This document shows, in pieces, positions 10,240-23,500 of a DNA stretch of 64,000 bases. How positions within the stretch are numbered: position 1 is the stretch's first letter; each line of letters opens with the position of its first letter. Both the position numbers and the translations under genes were made by a program. The notes beneath the pieces are model-generated. The model was given only the letters and a program-made list of their open reading frames with translations, was not told the DNA's origin and did no database searches. The DNA lies in NCBI GenBank assembly GCA_047495785.1, contig JBLDXI010000033.1, positions 124,001-188,000 of the forward strand, given 5' to 3'. This stretch comes from Lepidodermella squamata (lineage: Eukaryota; Animalia; Gastrotricha).

Positions 10240-13200
10240 TCACTCAGATAAAAGTGGTCGCTGGTGAAAAAAAGCGAAATTATATGATCGAATAAACCCA
10301 TCACCGATATAAACTAGCTAAGCTGTAATTTCTTGCGTTACCTGTTCAGGATTGACAATGTTCGGCTCCATGGAATCGGTTCCATCTGAGTTTTCAGACG
10401 CTGTTCTATTGTGGCCGTTCTTGTTGTTGGAAAACACGCCAGACGATATTGGTGATAACGGGGCTTTTATGACTCGAAACACTGTACCTAAAAATATTTG
10501 GGAAAAAATCCACCTTAATCATATATTACAGATACAATCAAAATTTTGCGAGCAATTTATATTAACCATGGAACCGGCTCTAAAATACGGCGGAGTGATG
10601 AGCATAAAAAGTAACATGTGAAGAGTCTTGACAAAATTAAGGCGCAAAAGAGGCGCTTTAAATATATCTAAACACCCGCAACCAAAAAGCAAGCATTTTT
10701 TTCAAAAATTCGAATGTGATAGAATTTGAAGCCAAGACTGAAAAAATGAATATTTTTCACACACTATATTAATGGGTCTGCAGGTAATTGTCTACCAATC
10801 AATCACACTTTCTTCGGCTATTTTGCGCAATAAAATTAGCAAAATTAGTTCTAAAATTTGGGAGAAATTTTACCTGCTCTACCGTTTGATGGGCTGTATT
10901 CGACAACTTTCCGCCGATAGCCGGATTCAGACAGAGCCGGTGAGCCGGGAACTACCCTCTCGAGTACGCTTCGAGTAATATCGACCGTATCTTCCGGAAT
11001 CGTCGTCGCGTCATTATCTCCGAGAATGAAAGCCGCCTTCGTAACTGCATCTTCATCCTCCTCGTTCGGCTCTTCTTCAAACAACATGCCAGAGACGGCG
11101 CGGCGCAACAATGACGCCTCTATGCTTTGAATCGCCGTCGCACTTGCCTGAGAAAATAAAAATCGCGTTAATTATAAATTGTACACGAAAAATCTTTGTT
11201 TTAGTCAAGTATCTAAACAGAAATGATAAAGACAGCGGTATAAGTAAATGATAAGTATTTTTAGAATGCATTGCGGTTATCATTAAGGTGGATCGTTTCA
11301 AGCGTAAAATTTCAGCGGCTATTCTATGAAAAATAGGAGGTTATTTATGTAAATTGGCGTGTTTTTGCGCTCACAAAGCCTGTGTCGGGTAAGCAAAAGA
11401 CGTCATCATCATCGTTGTTATCTTCAGCGGCCTCGTCCTATACGTATTAATCAATGTAAACAGCGTGTATTTATTTTTCTTGCCTTTGACGGCGGCAATG
11501 AATTGGACGAGCTATTTTCAGAACGTGGCAGAAGGCCCGAATCAAAACTGCTCGACTGCCCTTCTGGCACATATCTCTGCCGCTTATTGCTGCTGAGAAC
11601 CAGCAACGAGCTCGAGTGCCGCCGCTGGATCACGTGGGGTGCCTCGTTATGATGGTGGTTCAAAATGTGATTGGCCACAAACTTTTCAGATAACTGAAAA
11701 GCGCGTGGGCCATAAAAAAATACACGGCAGTGATAAACAAGAGCAAATTAAGGTGGATTGATTAAACACGCCGAAAAACACGCGTGGCTATCAATAGCCG
11801 AGTAAATAAAGCATTCACTTCAAACCGGGTGGCAAGAATAAGAAAAAGCTAGGTTAAAATTACCGATGAGGTCATTGCGGGCGGATCTTGGTTGACAACA
11901 TTCGCCACATTCGTCATGACCAAGTCGCCGATAACGGACTCGCCCTCACCATCGTACGACTGAACAGGCGTTTTCAAGTCTTCGGCGGCTGAATCCGGCG
12001 TGACATAGCTATCGTGCACTTCCGCGATCACTTGCGGAACAGTCAACATCTAATTTACAGGGGTAGAAAAAACATGCGTCAATATGAGAAAAATATTGAT
12101 AGATAAAGAACAAGCAACTAGAACTCAAGATATAAGTAACAAGGCGAAGGAAAAAATTTCGCCTTAATGTCCCGTGAATTTCTTTTTTGTTCAAAATTGA
12201 AACTCACACAGGTAATTGAATCAGATTTTTAAACAAGATCTTTAATATTATTTAAAAAAAACAAGTAAAAATAAGCGTATATGCTGTCTGATTAAACTTT
12301 TCCAAAACTTCAGATAATATGAGTTAACGTATTTTTCCCGATATTCCCGAAATTTTCGGCAAAAATAATGCCGAGTTAACAATTTTCAAAACACTGAATT
12401 TTCAAGAAAAAAATCGAAAATTAGACAATATGATGTCGAATTGAAAGAAAGTCGAAAAGGAAGAACCAGCAGAAATGCGGTCAACTAATAGCTGAGAAAC
12501 ACTCTTGCGATTGAAGTTCAACTTTTCAACCATGCTTTCAGGCGGCATTCTTGGACTGAAAAATCAATCAAGCTAAATCAGTCGGCATCGTATTTCTATC
12601 CCTTATTCATACTGCTACCATGGTAAACGACTAAAATGGCTCGAATTTTCAACTCACCAATGCTGATTTTGGAGCATCTTTTGATGTAGGACCATCCATA
12701 ACACTAGTAGTTCGAGATACGCTGGCTGATTGGCCTTGGGATACACCAACCTGACCACTGCTGTCAAATTCCGTCGATTTCAGCGAAGAAATTGCGGCGG
12801 CAAACAACTGCCAATCGCCGAAAGACATCGGCAAAGAGTGTCTCAGGTCTTCGAGGTTACAAATCGCAAGAACTGGGCCGCAAATGTTGTTCTCAAGCAG
12901 CAACTCGCGATACCGATCGACGTTATTCCGCGAAATGTACGGAATTTTCGCCATAAAATCGCACACTTCCTCAACACTCAGCATAGCTAGAGGTTTGCCG
13001 GACTTGACCACCTTAACTATCGGGGCAGGGGGCGGTTTCGTCGCAACTGGAGCGTTAACTGATGGCTGGCGAGATGGACTAGGATGGCCGATTCCTGCGG
13101 GCTGGTTATAAATCAGAATCCGGTTTTGATGTGCGTGGTCGCGAACAATTCTACGCAGATACGGGTCAAGATTGACGGTAAATCGCAGAAAGGTGACTAC

Positions 13201-16200
13201 ATCGTTCAAAGTCAGCAAAGGATTTGAGCTACTCAAGGCAGCCTCGAGTTTTAAAGGGCTTTTATCCATGAAACGCATAGCATCGTTCGGCGGCATTAGC
13301 CGCTTCACACTGATATAAGCTGAACTGATAGGTGTTTTCATATCGTAATTCTGCGAGCTGGAAGCCGTGTTTTCGATATAGACCAAAATCCAAGACAAAT
13401 GGTACGGCCATTGTTCGGTTAAATTAACCCAGGCTGTTAGGTTGTACCAGTTGAAATGAACCCCACTTGCGTGTAACAGGCGAGCCATGAATGCGCAGAT
13501 ATTGGTAACACGAGTCAGCGTTCGAGGATTCACATCGCTGAAATACTCCGCACTCATACTGCCGATGAGTTCGGACAGACCGGTCGAGCCTTTCGCAATG
13601 GCAGCAACGTTGGGGATGCTCATTAGATATGAATTCTCCTCATTCGGTACGTAGGATGAATTTCGGTGGCGACCAGCGGCTTGCGAAACAGTGCTCTTGA
13701 TACTGACTGTATCCGCCTTAAAAGAATAAAACTTGAAATTAGAAAAGCTAACTCATTATTTCAAGCGAAAATTCAAACAAATTGGGCTGAATAGGAATGC
13801 ATTTATATCGCCAAGATCGATTTAGAATAAATAAAGCAGTTAGTTTCGAGAAATTCAACTAAAACACCAGGTTGGCGGGAAAATTCCAGCCTCAGAAGGT
13901 ATATTGTTATTATCCGCGGGTTGGATAATAAAACGCGACTACTTAACGTACATTTTCAGGAATTGCAATCGACGAAAAACGTCGAAAAGACTTATTGTTT
14001 TCGGGCTAAAACTCAACGATTCATGAATCATATTAAATTTATACCTGTTTATTCCTCGATCTCATCAAATAACGCTGTTTGACAGGATCAGGTCCAACTC
14101 CTCCTGCCACGGATTGCTGCGAGGCAAAAGGCTGTGGTTCAACTGCAGAGTGTTTAATCGCAATCGAAGGCTGGGCCTGCAGAAAAATCGGCAGATGAAC
14201 GACCGATCTCAAATAGTCATGCCCCGTCATTTGAACGCCCTCGTAATTTGACGAGGCCAAATGCGCGTCTAAATGTTTGATTATGATGTGAGGATCCAGC
14301 ACGAGGACGTTGATGAATGGAGCTCGGGATTCGCTGGCGAAATATCGATGCACTACATCGAGCATGTGAACGACATTGGCCTGGTCGTAGGTGTCCAGTT
14401 CGTCGAGGATGACCAGAAAACGAGTCTGGGTATTGGCGAAAACGTCGATGGCGTGAACGCATCGAGCCAATAGATTGATGTGGTACTTGACCAAGCGACC
14501 AAGCGCCTCCTATTTTCACGAAATAAATTAGAACTCACATATTAGATTGAAAGATGGGTAATTTTAGCAAGTGGCAAAAATAATATTTGGCACCAAAATA
14601 TTTTTTGAATTTTGAAACTCAACAATTTTATAGCCCCAGAATGGTTATTAAAAATTTGAAGAAAAAACCCGAATTCGAGAATATTTTCAAAAATTACATT
14701 TTGATCGAATCGAAAATTACCTCTGTTAGCACCGAATTTTCAGTCTCGCTAGCCAAAAGCTGGGCGTAAGGCGGGCGAATAGAAAGGTAGCAGAATCGAC
14801 AAACAACCGCGAAAAACAAAATCAACAGGCCAAAGAGTGACATCGCCGACAAAATTATGATAAAAATGCTGGCAGTGGTATCTGAAGTAAAAATCAAAGT
14901 GATTAACAACATTTTGGAGATGCCAAAAATAATTACCATCGCTTCCCTCAGCGGGGAAAACTCCTCTCCACGTAGCAAACGGCGGCCAGGTCGCGTAAAT
15001 TAGCAGGCAGTCAACGTAGAAAATTAGCCCCCAACCAAAAGCCCAAAAGTGGAGAGGTAGACAACAGAATTGGCGGTAAGACCGATGGCTGGACTCATTC
15101 GGCTTGAAAATCAGCAGCAACCGGCTGGTCAACGAGCCGTACGCCGCCTCAACTTGCAGGTACATTTCCGCTAATACCGCTCGAATGATACCGCCAGGCC
15201 GGACATTACCGCTGAATTTCGGACAATTGACAACGATGAAACGCAACTGTTGCAGGTATTGAGTGTTCGCAACGGGGTTGCAGAAAATCACGTTAGTTAT
15301 GATTGACAACTTCCGCATGAAAGATTCGAGGTTTTGACTGAGTGAAATCACCCATTTCGCGGCTCGATGTCGCGAAAACCACCAAATTGCGAGAAGAGCG
15401 CAGATCAGAGCGAGTAGAACTGATAGCGCAACAATAATTCCGAGAAACCAAACATCTCGCGATAGGGACAGGGTACAAACAAGCCCGACCAATGCCGCGA
15501 TGATGCAACTCAAAAATATGACAAGGGGTGAAAATCTGAATAGCACAACGCCGTCTTGTATTGCGTATTGGTACAAATATTCCTTGAGCTGGGACACAAC
15601 AAACGACTTGCCTGAACCCCATCTTGCGTACAATCCAACGGTTAAAGGAGTGCATAGGGTAGGTTCTGATAACATGACTGCCAACGAACTCGAGTACAAC
15701 TCGTAACCAACTAAACTTTGACTATGCTCGGCCCTGTTCAGATTTGTCGTTCCGAATAGCTGCGGCAAAATCGGCTGATCTTGCCCTTCGTCGATCGAAT
15801 ACGGCGTTATATTGTGCTTATTCGGTTTATACAACAACCTAGCGTTTCTAGGATTCCTCAGGAGTAACTGAACAATTTTCCTCGAACGCTGCCTTAATGC
15901 TATGTGAAGAACTGTGTCGCCATTTTTGTCTGTTGCGGTTAGTTTCGCATTCGAATTCAACAACATTTCAACAATAGTCGCGTTTTTTAGCTTGACTGCC
16001 TTTAAAAGTGGCGTGCTTTTATCACCAGCTGCCACTTCAACATCAGGCCGGTACGATAGTAGTAGACCGACTGTGTCTTGGTACATTTTTTCAACTGCCA
16101 AATACAGTGCGGTTTTGCCCTCCTGACCCTGGTGGTTAATATCGATTCGGCCTTCGCATAGTTTTCGCACAACCTCGAGCCGCCCAGCTCGGACGGCGTA

Positions 16201-17770
16201 GATGAGGGCTGAATCGGATTTTTTATCGGTCAGGTTCAAGGAAGCACCGGCATGCATCAGGGCTGATACGACTTCGAGATGCCCTTCTTTCGACGCGATC
16301 ATTAAAGGTGTGCAGCCCTCCTAAAAAATGCAAACAATTAAATATAGAGGAAAGTCAAAATATGGGAAATAATTTTTTCAAAATCGGTATTTGAATTTAT
16401 TTTCAATTTTTTCATAAAATTTTGATATTGCGGACTTACCACATCAGTCATGTTGACATTGGCATTTGACATGTTCAGTATGACGTTAACCAGGTCGATA
16501 TTTCCAGCTTTTGCAGCCAGCATAAGCGGCGTTTTGCCATTCTAAATTTAGCAAAAAAAACAGGATGTTTTCTCTAATTTTGCATCGATTATTTGCTTAC
16601 AAGGCCAGGAATGTCTGGATTTGCACCGTTTTGTAGTAAATATTTAGCGACCGTAACGCGATTGTGCCGGCAGGCCCAGAAGAAGGCTGTACTGCCGAAC
16701 TTATCGGTAACATTCACAGAGGCGCTGTTTTGCACCAGCAGCTTGCAAACGTCCTCATGACCACGACCAGCTGCCCACATCAGGCAAGTCATGTTGTTAT
16801 CGGCCCGGAGATTGACGTTCGCTCGGCCAACTCGAACGAGCACGTCAGCAGCCGCCTGCAGGCCTTTGTAACAAGCCCACATTAGCGCGGTAAATCCGCC
16901 CTAAAAAATCGAAATAAACTTGTTTAATTCGTCGACACAAAACATTCCCACGTCAATTTCTAGACACGGCTAAAAATTTACTGATTCTGAAATAAATCTA
17001 AAAATCCCAAAATATATTCTCACTATTTTCGAAAAGTTTTTCAAGTATGCTGTGATTCCCGATCCATTCAGAAAAATCTAGAATTTCACTTCGAAAAATT
17101 CTCCGTAAATCGTAGAAAATTCAGAAAGTTTGCCCCAATTTGTTCCCATGCATAAAATTTAAAAGTTGAAAAATCTCATTGATAAAATTAGGGTGAAAAT
17201 GCACTTGGTATAAGAATTGGCTGAAGCCTTGAAATTTTCCCAACTTATGATACTTTCAACCATAAGATCACTTACACTATCTCTGTAGTCGATAACGATA
17301 TCGTCGCGCCGTTCCAATAAAAACTCGACTAAACAGCGAATAGTCTCGGCATGTCCCATTTCAGCCGCGATCATTAGCGCTGTTTTCCGATCCTTGTTGG
17401 TCCGCTTGCAGAGCGATAGAAAAGTATCGAATCGCATCAGCTCTTCGATAACTTCTTTCCGACCATACCGACACGCCAACATCAACAGACTTTCGCCCTC
17501 GGCCGCATCGAGAATGCATCCTAGATCGTAAGGCCGTTTTGCGCGAAAATGGTCGATGATAACGCTGGTTTGCCCGGTTGACAGGGCTTCTCTAAACTGA
17601 GAGGCGACGTTTAGCGCACTGCTAGCTGGGGTGCTCAAACGGGGTGTTGTGGTCACCTCGATTGTTGGCACTCGCAACTGGCTGGATGATTGCTGAGCTT
17701 CCTGCTCACTTTGAAGGGCAGCGATAACATCGAATGTATCCAATGATATGCTACCCTCGTCTTCTGCCAT
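10240..17770 (-). CDS. KIDINS220: Kinase D-interacting substrate 220 kDa (ARMS): ankyrin repeats, KAP NTPase with TM segments, SAM-like domain
   Basis: Multiple ankyrin repeats (17770-15800), Walker A EPTLCTPLTVGLYARWGSGKSF, TM segments, Walker B RFLVILDELD, WVNLTEQWPYHLSW and SAM-like LLENNICGPVLAIC...MSFGDWQLF. The phase-compatible 3' exons end in RPLLSE*; the 3' end is less certain. Confidence 0.93.
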
Positions 17771-17895
17771 ACATCAAAACTCTACATTAAACAAATATAA
17801 GATCATCAAATTTATTCTAATTTGAATCAAAGAAAGCTTGATCGTGTAGAAAAAATCGACAAAAAATCACGATGAATCATGGAAAATTGCATAAA

Positions 17896-19449
17896 TTAAC
17901 GCTTTTCAAGCGCGAGAGACAAAACACCCTTAGGATACAATAAAGTTTCGTAGGTTTGATTAAAACTGGAGTCGCCAGTCCAGCGCAATTTAAATCGTGA
18001 AAGAAGCCTAACTACTAAGGCCATCATTTCCATCTCAGCAAAACGCCGCCCAGCACACATTCTAGCACCGTGTCCAAATGGAAGAACTAAGAAAGGATGA
18101 GCTTGATTAATACCAGCCTCGGATTTAAGCCACCGCTCTGGGGCATACGCTTCAACGTCTGGCGGCGATGGAATGAACGATTTGGCCTTGAACAAAGAAT
18201 GCGTGTTGATTTCAACGACAGTTCCTGCAGGTATAAAATAGCCTCCGATGACTAAATCACGTTGCGGGATTCGAGAAATATCTGTCGTGATTGTGTGTAA
18301 TCTCATCGCCTCCTTGACGCAAGCTCGAATATAAGTTAAATGACTGGCTAAAATGTCATAATTCAGCGATCCGTTGCCCATTTTTAAGGCAGCCTGTGCT
18401 TCCTCAGCTGCTTTGTTTTGCGCATCCGAGTTTTTGGCGAGGCAATATAGAAGAGCAAGCACTGTGGGCGATGTAGTTGAAAGCCCGTCAAACATCATTC
18501 CGAGGCAGATAATGTCACGCTCTGATTTCGAAAGATCCTCCCGTTGAGAAAAATGGTAAAGCACAGGGTAAGTTTCAGCAGCTTTCCGCTGGTCAGTCTT
18601 CATTAATTCGTGATATTTGACCCAAGCTTCGTCTAACCAACGTTGCCCTGTGCCAAAAACAACATCCTCCTCGACAGATAATTTGCGAAATGAGGGGCAC
18701 ATTGAGGGCAAGTACCGGTAAATTGGTAGGCTATATTTTAGCCGAGCTGTTAATTGAAAGACGTTCCTATTCCCTTCGTACAAGCGATAGCCAGGTTCCG
18801 GGTTTTCGAAGTAACCCAGACGTTGACGCGATACCACGCGAGCGCCAGACTCCATTTGCCAAATAGGAATTTTCTTTTCTAAATCAGAGACGTCACCAAA
18901 CTTAGCAAACCAATCAACGGCTTCGCAAGCAACTTCATCAACAATTGTCAACAGTGATTCTGCCAATCGTTCCGGTCGCATGAGAAAGGGAGTAACGGCA
19001 GTCCTCAGCCGTGTCCATGGCTCACCATTGGTGTTCCCTAAGCCAGGACTCATCTCTCGCTGTTGGCGATATACCTGTGTGGTTTCCATGAGTGGTTTTA
19101 TATACGGCGTCTTTCCATCTGCTTGGAAAACGACTTTGGCAAATTCAGGCTCAAAAATATGAATAACAGTTTCGCCAAGCCTCTCCTCCCGAACGAGCGG
19201 CCCATATTCTGCATACATTTTCAATAGTGTCATGTGATAATCAGTAACAGGCCATTTTCCAAAGCGATAGTTGAAATAAGTTCCAAAATAAGGCAAGCCT
19301 CTTGGTCCCGGCATTTCACTCAATGGCCGAGAAGCATTCACATCAGAGTTGACTGTGGCATTAGTGCTCGATGCTAAGGTCCGCGAAATCGAGCGAAAGC
19401 TAGCCAGATAAATATGATTTCGGCTTAAAGCTTTCGTAATAGCCACCAT
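17896..19449 (-). CDS. Mitochondrial-clan cytochrome P450, CYP44-like, intronless
   Basis: Arg/Ser-rich N-terminal targeting-like peptide, PGP hinge, I-helix DGLSTT, EAMR (ExxR), PERW and heme motif FGHGARMCAG. The segments ETTQVYRQQREMSPGLGNTNG and DGLSTT resemble CYP44 as I recall it. Confidence 0.9.
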   Translation of the reverse strand: MVAITKALSRNHIYLASFRSISRTLASSTNATVNSDVNASRPLSEMPGPRGLPYFGTYFNYRFGKWPVTDYHMTLLKMYAEYGPLVREERLGETVIHIFEPEFAKVVFQADGKTPYIKPLMETTQVYRQQREMSPGLGNTNGEPWTRLRTAVTPFLMRPERLAESLLTIVDEVACEAVDWFAKFGDVSDLEKKIPIWQMESGARVVSRQRLGYFENPEPGYRLYEGNRNVFQLTARLKYSLPIYRYLPSMCPSFRKLSVEEDVVFGTGQRWLDEAWVKYHELMKTDQRKAAETYPVLYHFSQREDLSKSERDIICLGMMFDGLSTTSPTVLALLYCLAKNSDAQNKAAEEAQAALKMGNGSLNYDILASHLTYIRACVKEAMRLHTITTDISRIPQRDLVIGGYFIPAGTVVEINTHSLFKAKSFIPSPPDVEAYAPERWLKSEAGINQAHPFLVLPFGHGARMCAGRRFAEMEMMALVVRLLSRFKLRWTGDSSFNQTYETLLYPKGVLSLALEKR

Positions 19450-20533
19450 CCTATTGCTAATGAAATGAGAACAAAGAAGAAATAAATGAACTGTATGAAT
19501 GCACGAAAGAAACAATAAAAATATTAACCAGGGGCAGAAGTGGCAGATAGCAACATTTTACTAATAGAAAAATTTCGTGCCAAGAAGACAACAGGAATAA
19601 TGAGATATTCAATTATTCGAGGATCTCGCTCTCGATTTCTCACAAAAGGAAAGTAATCGTTGATCGTACATTGGGTAAAAAAATATGCTGATTGTTTATG
19701 TCAAATCAAGTCAAGTTATCCTTAATTCACGAGGCATTTGAAAATTGGAAAGATGAATACATGTATTGACGATTGACTATTGATATCTCGCAGCTTTTGT
19801 TTTCTGTTTAACGTCAAGAACCAGGTTAATTTTCGGGGTATTTTTGGCACTAAAGTAGCAGTGCAACCCCGCCGAGTCACAACTGTGGTGCAACATGCAT
19901 TTTGCTGACAAAGCTAACAGTTCGAGGCACAGGGCAGCTCTTCGACGATAAATCAAAAGCAGAACATACCCCCGAAAAAGCCGGCAAAAGCCAAGAAGGC
20001 GCCAAATACTTTCATTTAGTTTTAATCGATTTTATTAAAAAGTGTATTAAATACATCTCATCTCAAAAATGTAATTTTTTGGTATTTTTTTGTGCCATAT
20101 TTTAAAAAATCTTTTCATATACGCGCCCAAACGCCCAAATGTTGCGCCCGAGGGAAAGCCTCACCCACCGAAAATCCGTTTTTTGCCGAAGTTTTTTGGC
20201 GTGACCCACGGTGTAATTGGGTCGTTGATTAGTGCGAAAGTCGAAGTTGAAACTTGGACAAATCCATTGATCAGGATTTTAGTGATTTCTAACCATTTTT
20301 TATTGGAGTTTTCGAGTGGGAGATTCCCCACCCTCAATATATGCTTTCTTCATTTTAGTATTTTTCCGACTCATTATTCATAAGGTTTCATTGTATGAAT
20401 CACGTCGTTTGCGATTTTTGCTATCAACCTTCGAGTTTTTGTGTAATGTGTAATAACTTCGTGACATTTGACAGTTCTACGATCCAACTGTTCAGCTAGG
20501 CATTGTTTCTATTTCTGTTAGATTTTTATTACA

Positions 20534-23500
20534 ATGAGGGCGAAGGGAAATGTTGAATCCACCAAGGTTGAAGATGTCAAGGGATCACAGATCCGTTTCA
20601 AAAAAGTAAGTAGATCAAATTATTTGTTGCTAGTTTCCAATTACGTTTATTGTTTCAGCCCACCACTGAAGAAATGCGCTTAGCGCAGCTGCTCGATGAC
20701 AAACAGCAAGATGTCGAGCGCGAAAACATTATTCTTCAGGTTATCGATGCTACCAGCCGTCTCCGTGACGATGTCATAATTGCACTCCATGATTGCAATT
20801 ATGATCCCATCAGAGCCATCGAGATCCTGATGGATCACGATGAACTAGCCAAAGTTCGTTCACTTTTTGCCGTCCTCGGTAGCGCGAACCATTTCTTTAT
20901 TTTATAGGAAGAATGGCAAGAATGCGGCATAGCCAATAAAAAAAAGAAGAAAGCAGCGGCTGCTGACGATGTTCCTGCGGAAAACCATGATGACGGCTTT
21001 CACACAGCTAATGAAAACCCTCAGAACTCGTCCCGGGGCAATCGCCGATCTCGCGGTGAAAAAGATCGGTCAAATGATGCCAGGGATAATTCAAAACCAC
21101 ATGCTGGTCGCCCTACTCGCGGCCGAGGAGGTTGTTATCTGCAATAATATCTAATTTGCGAAAAGCCTAACTTTGTACTTATCTAGATGACCGTAGAAGC
21201 CGCACTGTTGGCGAACGTCACCCTTTATCCGGCAGCAATAACGAAAATGCCGCCGACTGGAACGAATCTGAAGGTGTTAACCATGCGAATCACAAGCCTT
21301 ATCACAGACGTAATTATGAACCTGGAGCTGACGAAACTAACGAAGTCAGTGGCCGTCGCGGCGGACCTCGTGGAGGAGCCAGCGCCCGGGGTCGGTCGTG
21401 GTTTGGTGGTCGCAACGGTGGCGATGGCCATGCCCGTGGAGGCATGCAAAACGGCGTCGGTCGAGGCCGATACGCCGATCGCCAAGGCGGCGGGGGTCAT
21501 TCGGAAAATGCCGACAATGCCAACTCCTTTACTGTTGGCACTTGGGAAAATTCTGGCGGAAACGGCCCAAGTGGTCGCGGCGGTAACACTGACGATTACG
21601 AAATCGATGAGTGGGATGGCAGCTTGACTCAAACTCAGGTTTTCGAGCGTAGTAACGCTAACCAAGACTCGTCGAAACCCTCATATGGAGCTATTGGTGC
21701 CAAGCCAGGGCATGTTCAATCTCTGCATGTTGACGATTCAGTCAACGGCCCGAATTCCGCCCACAGCCCTAATGCTGGTCCGATTCGCGTTAGTCTCGAT
21801 AATGTGATGAACGTTGCTGGTCCCACGCATAAAGGTCATAAGGATGAGGCTGAAGCCTCGGCGAAGAATAAATCGCCTCGCCGGGAGCCTCAGGAGAAGC
21901 CGAAACCGCCCACGCCTCAAAGGCAACAACAGGAAAAGCCGACTCAACAGCCGCCCCAAAGATCTCAGCAACAGCCAAAAACGGCTCAGGAACCTCCGGT
22001 GGTTATTCTCGACAACCGGCGACATGTTGTGGAATCGCACGGACCGGCTGGTCTGCGGTTCGGATCTGGACTTGACTCGATCGGACTTTCAGTCCACGGC
22101 AGTGGGGCTAATGGTGAGAAACAGACCACTCAGAGCCAAAATGCGACGCAGAACCGATCTGGTTTCCCGACCTCGCCGTATCGTGATCAACAACAGCAGC
22201 AAAGCAGCTCCCCGACTAAGCAGCCTGAGGTTCAGGCTGAGAAAGCGCCGGGTTTCGCTGCGAATCGATCTGCAATTGCCCAGCAGCAACAACAAGCCGT
22301 CGGAGCTCCGTCTCGCCCTCAACAAGCAGGTGGTTTTCAACAACAGCAACAAAACGAACAGCAATACACAGCGCCCTTCCAACGGCCTCCTTCGTCCGGG
22401 GCGTCGAAACCGGCTGGACTCGACCCGTCGATCACGTCGGCTCGAAACCAGTCGCAGAGCCCGTATCAACAGCAGCAACCAGTGCAATCAGTCAAGCCCG
22501 CCGAGCCTCAACAACAGAATTTCGCGAATCAAACTCGGCAATCAACTCAGCAACAGCAACAACAGCCGCAGCAATCTTCGGCTCAGGCCTCGATTCCTCC
22601 TCTTTTGTTGCAACAAAGCGGTGCGAGCCAACCGGTGTACACGGGCGCGTCATCGAATTCTAGCGCATTTTCTGGTAAGATAACTAATTATTTGTTTATT
22701 CGAATTTTTGCTAATGAAATCGAGTTATAGAGCTTTTTTGGTCCTAATTCAGGTTCAATTTTGGAGCTTTAATTATCCTTTTTTAATTTTAGGTCAACAA
22801 TCACAACAACAACAAGCCGCGACAAAGTTGACGGAATCAATGACGAAATTGAGCGTTCAGGACGTTGTGAAATCGCCTCAAAGACAACAACAGCAACAAC
22901 AACAGGCGTCGCAACCCCAGCCCCAACAACAGCAGCAACAACCACCGACCTCGAATGCTTCGTCCTCGGGAAATTTCGATCAGGCTAACATGATGAAATT
23001 CCAACAGCAACAGCAGCAGCAACAACAACAACAACAGCCGCAGCAAAACCAGGCCCCGCCACCGGCTGCCTACGCTGTTCCGACCCAGCAGGGTACGATG
23101 CCCTACTATTTCCCGCAATACACTGGTCAACAGCAGCAACAGGCGAATCCAGGACAGCAACAAAACTCGCAACAGAACCAGCAAAACTCGCAAACCGCGT
23201 CGGTCAGCGACTACTTCAACACGAACGATGTTGCGAATTTGTACCAGCGGAACCTCCTGGAACAGGCCGGTCATCAACAGCAGCAACAGGCGGGCCAGCA
23301 AGCGGCCGCCAGTCCGATGATGAAGCCGAACCAGGGCGATTCGCGCCAACAACCCCTCGGCCCGGAGCAGTTGTTGAACATGGCAGCGGCGCATGGCCAG
23401 ACGAGCGCGCCGGGTAGTGCGCAACTGCCGCCGCACAGCTCGGCAGCCGGTTTGCCCCCGGGTGGAGTCCCGCCAGCGTTTTTGACGCCGCAGCTCTTCT

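Noticed and set aside
14883-14937. Apparent frameshift in KIDINS220 between overlapping ORFs 14749..16302 and 14694..14978
   Set aside because: Explained by a ~55-nt intron, GATG|GTAATT...TTCAG|ATACC, which restores the frame.
19820-19895. CAG|GTTAAT followed by an Sm-site-like TATTTTTGG as a possible SL RNA gene
   Set aside because: I could not establish the expected stem-loops, and both motifs are common in AT-rich DNA. A known leader sequence would be needed to test it.
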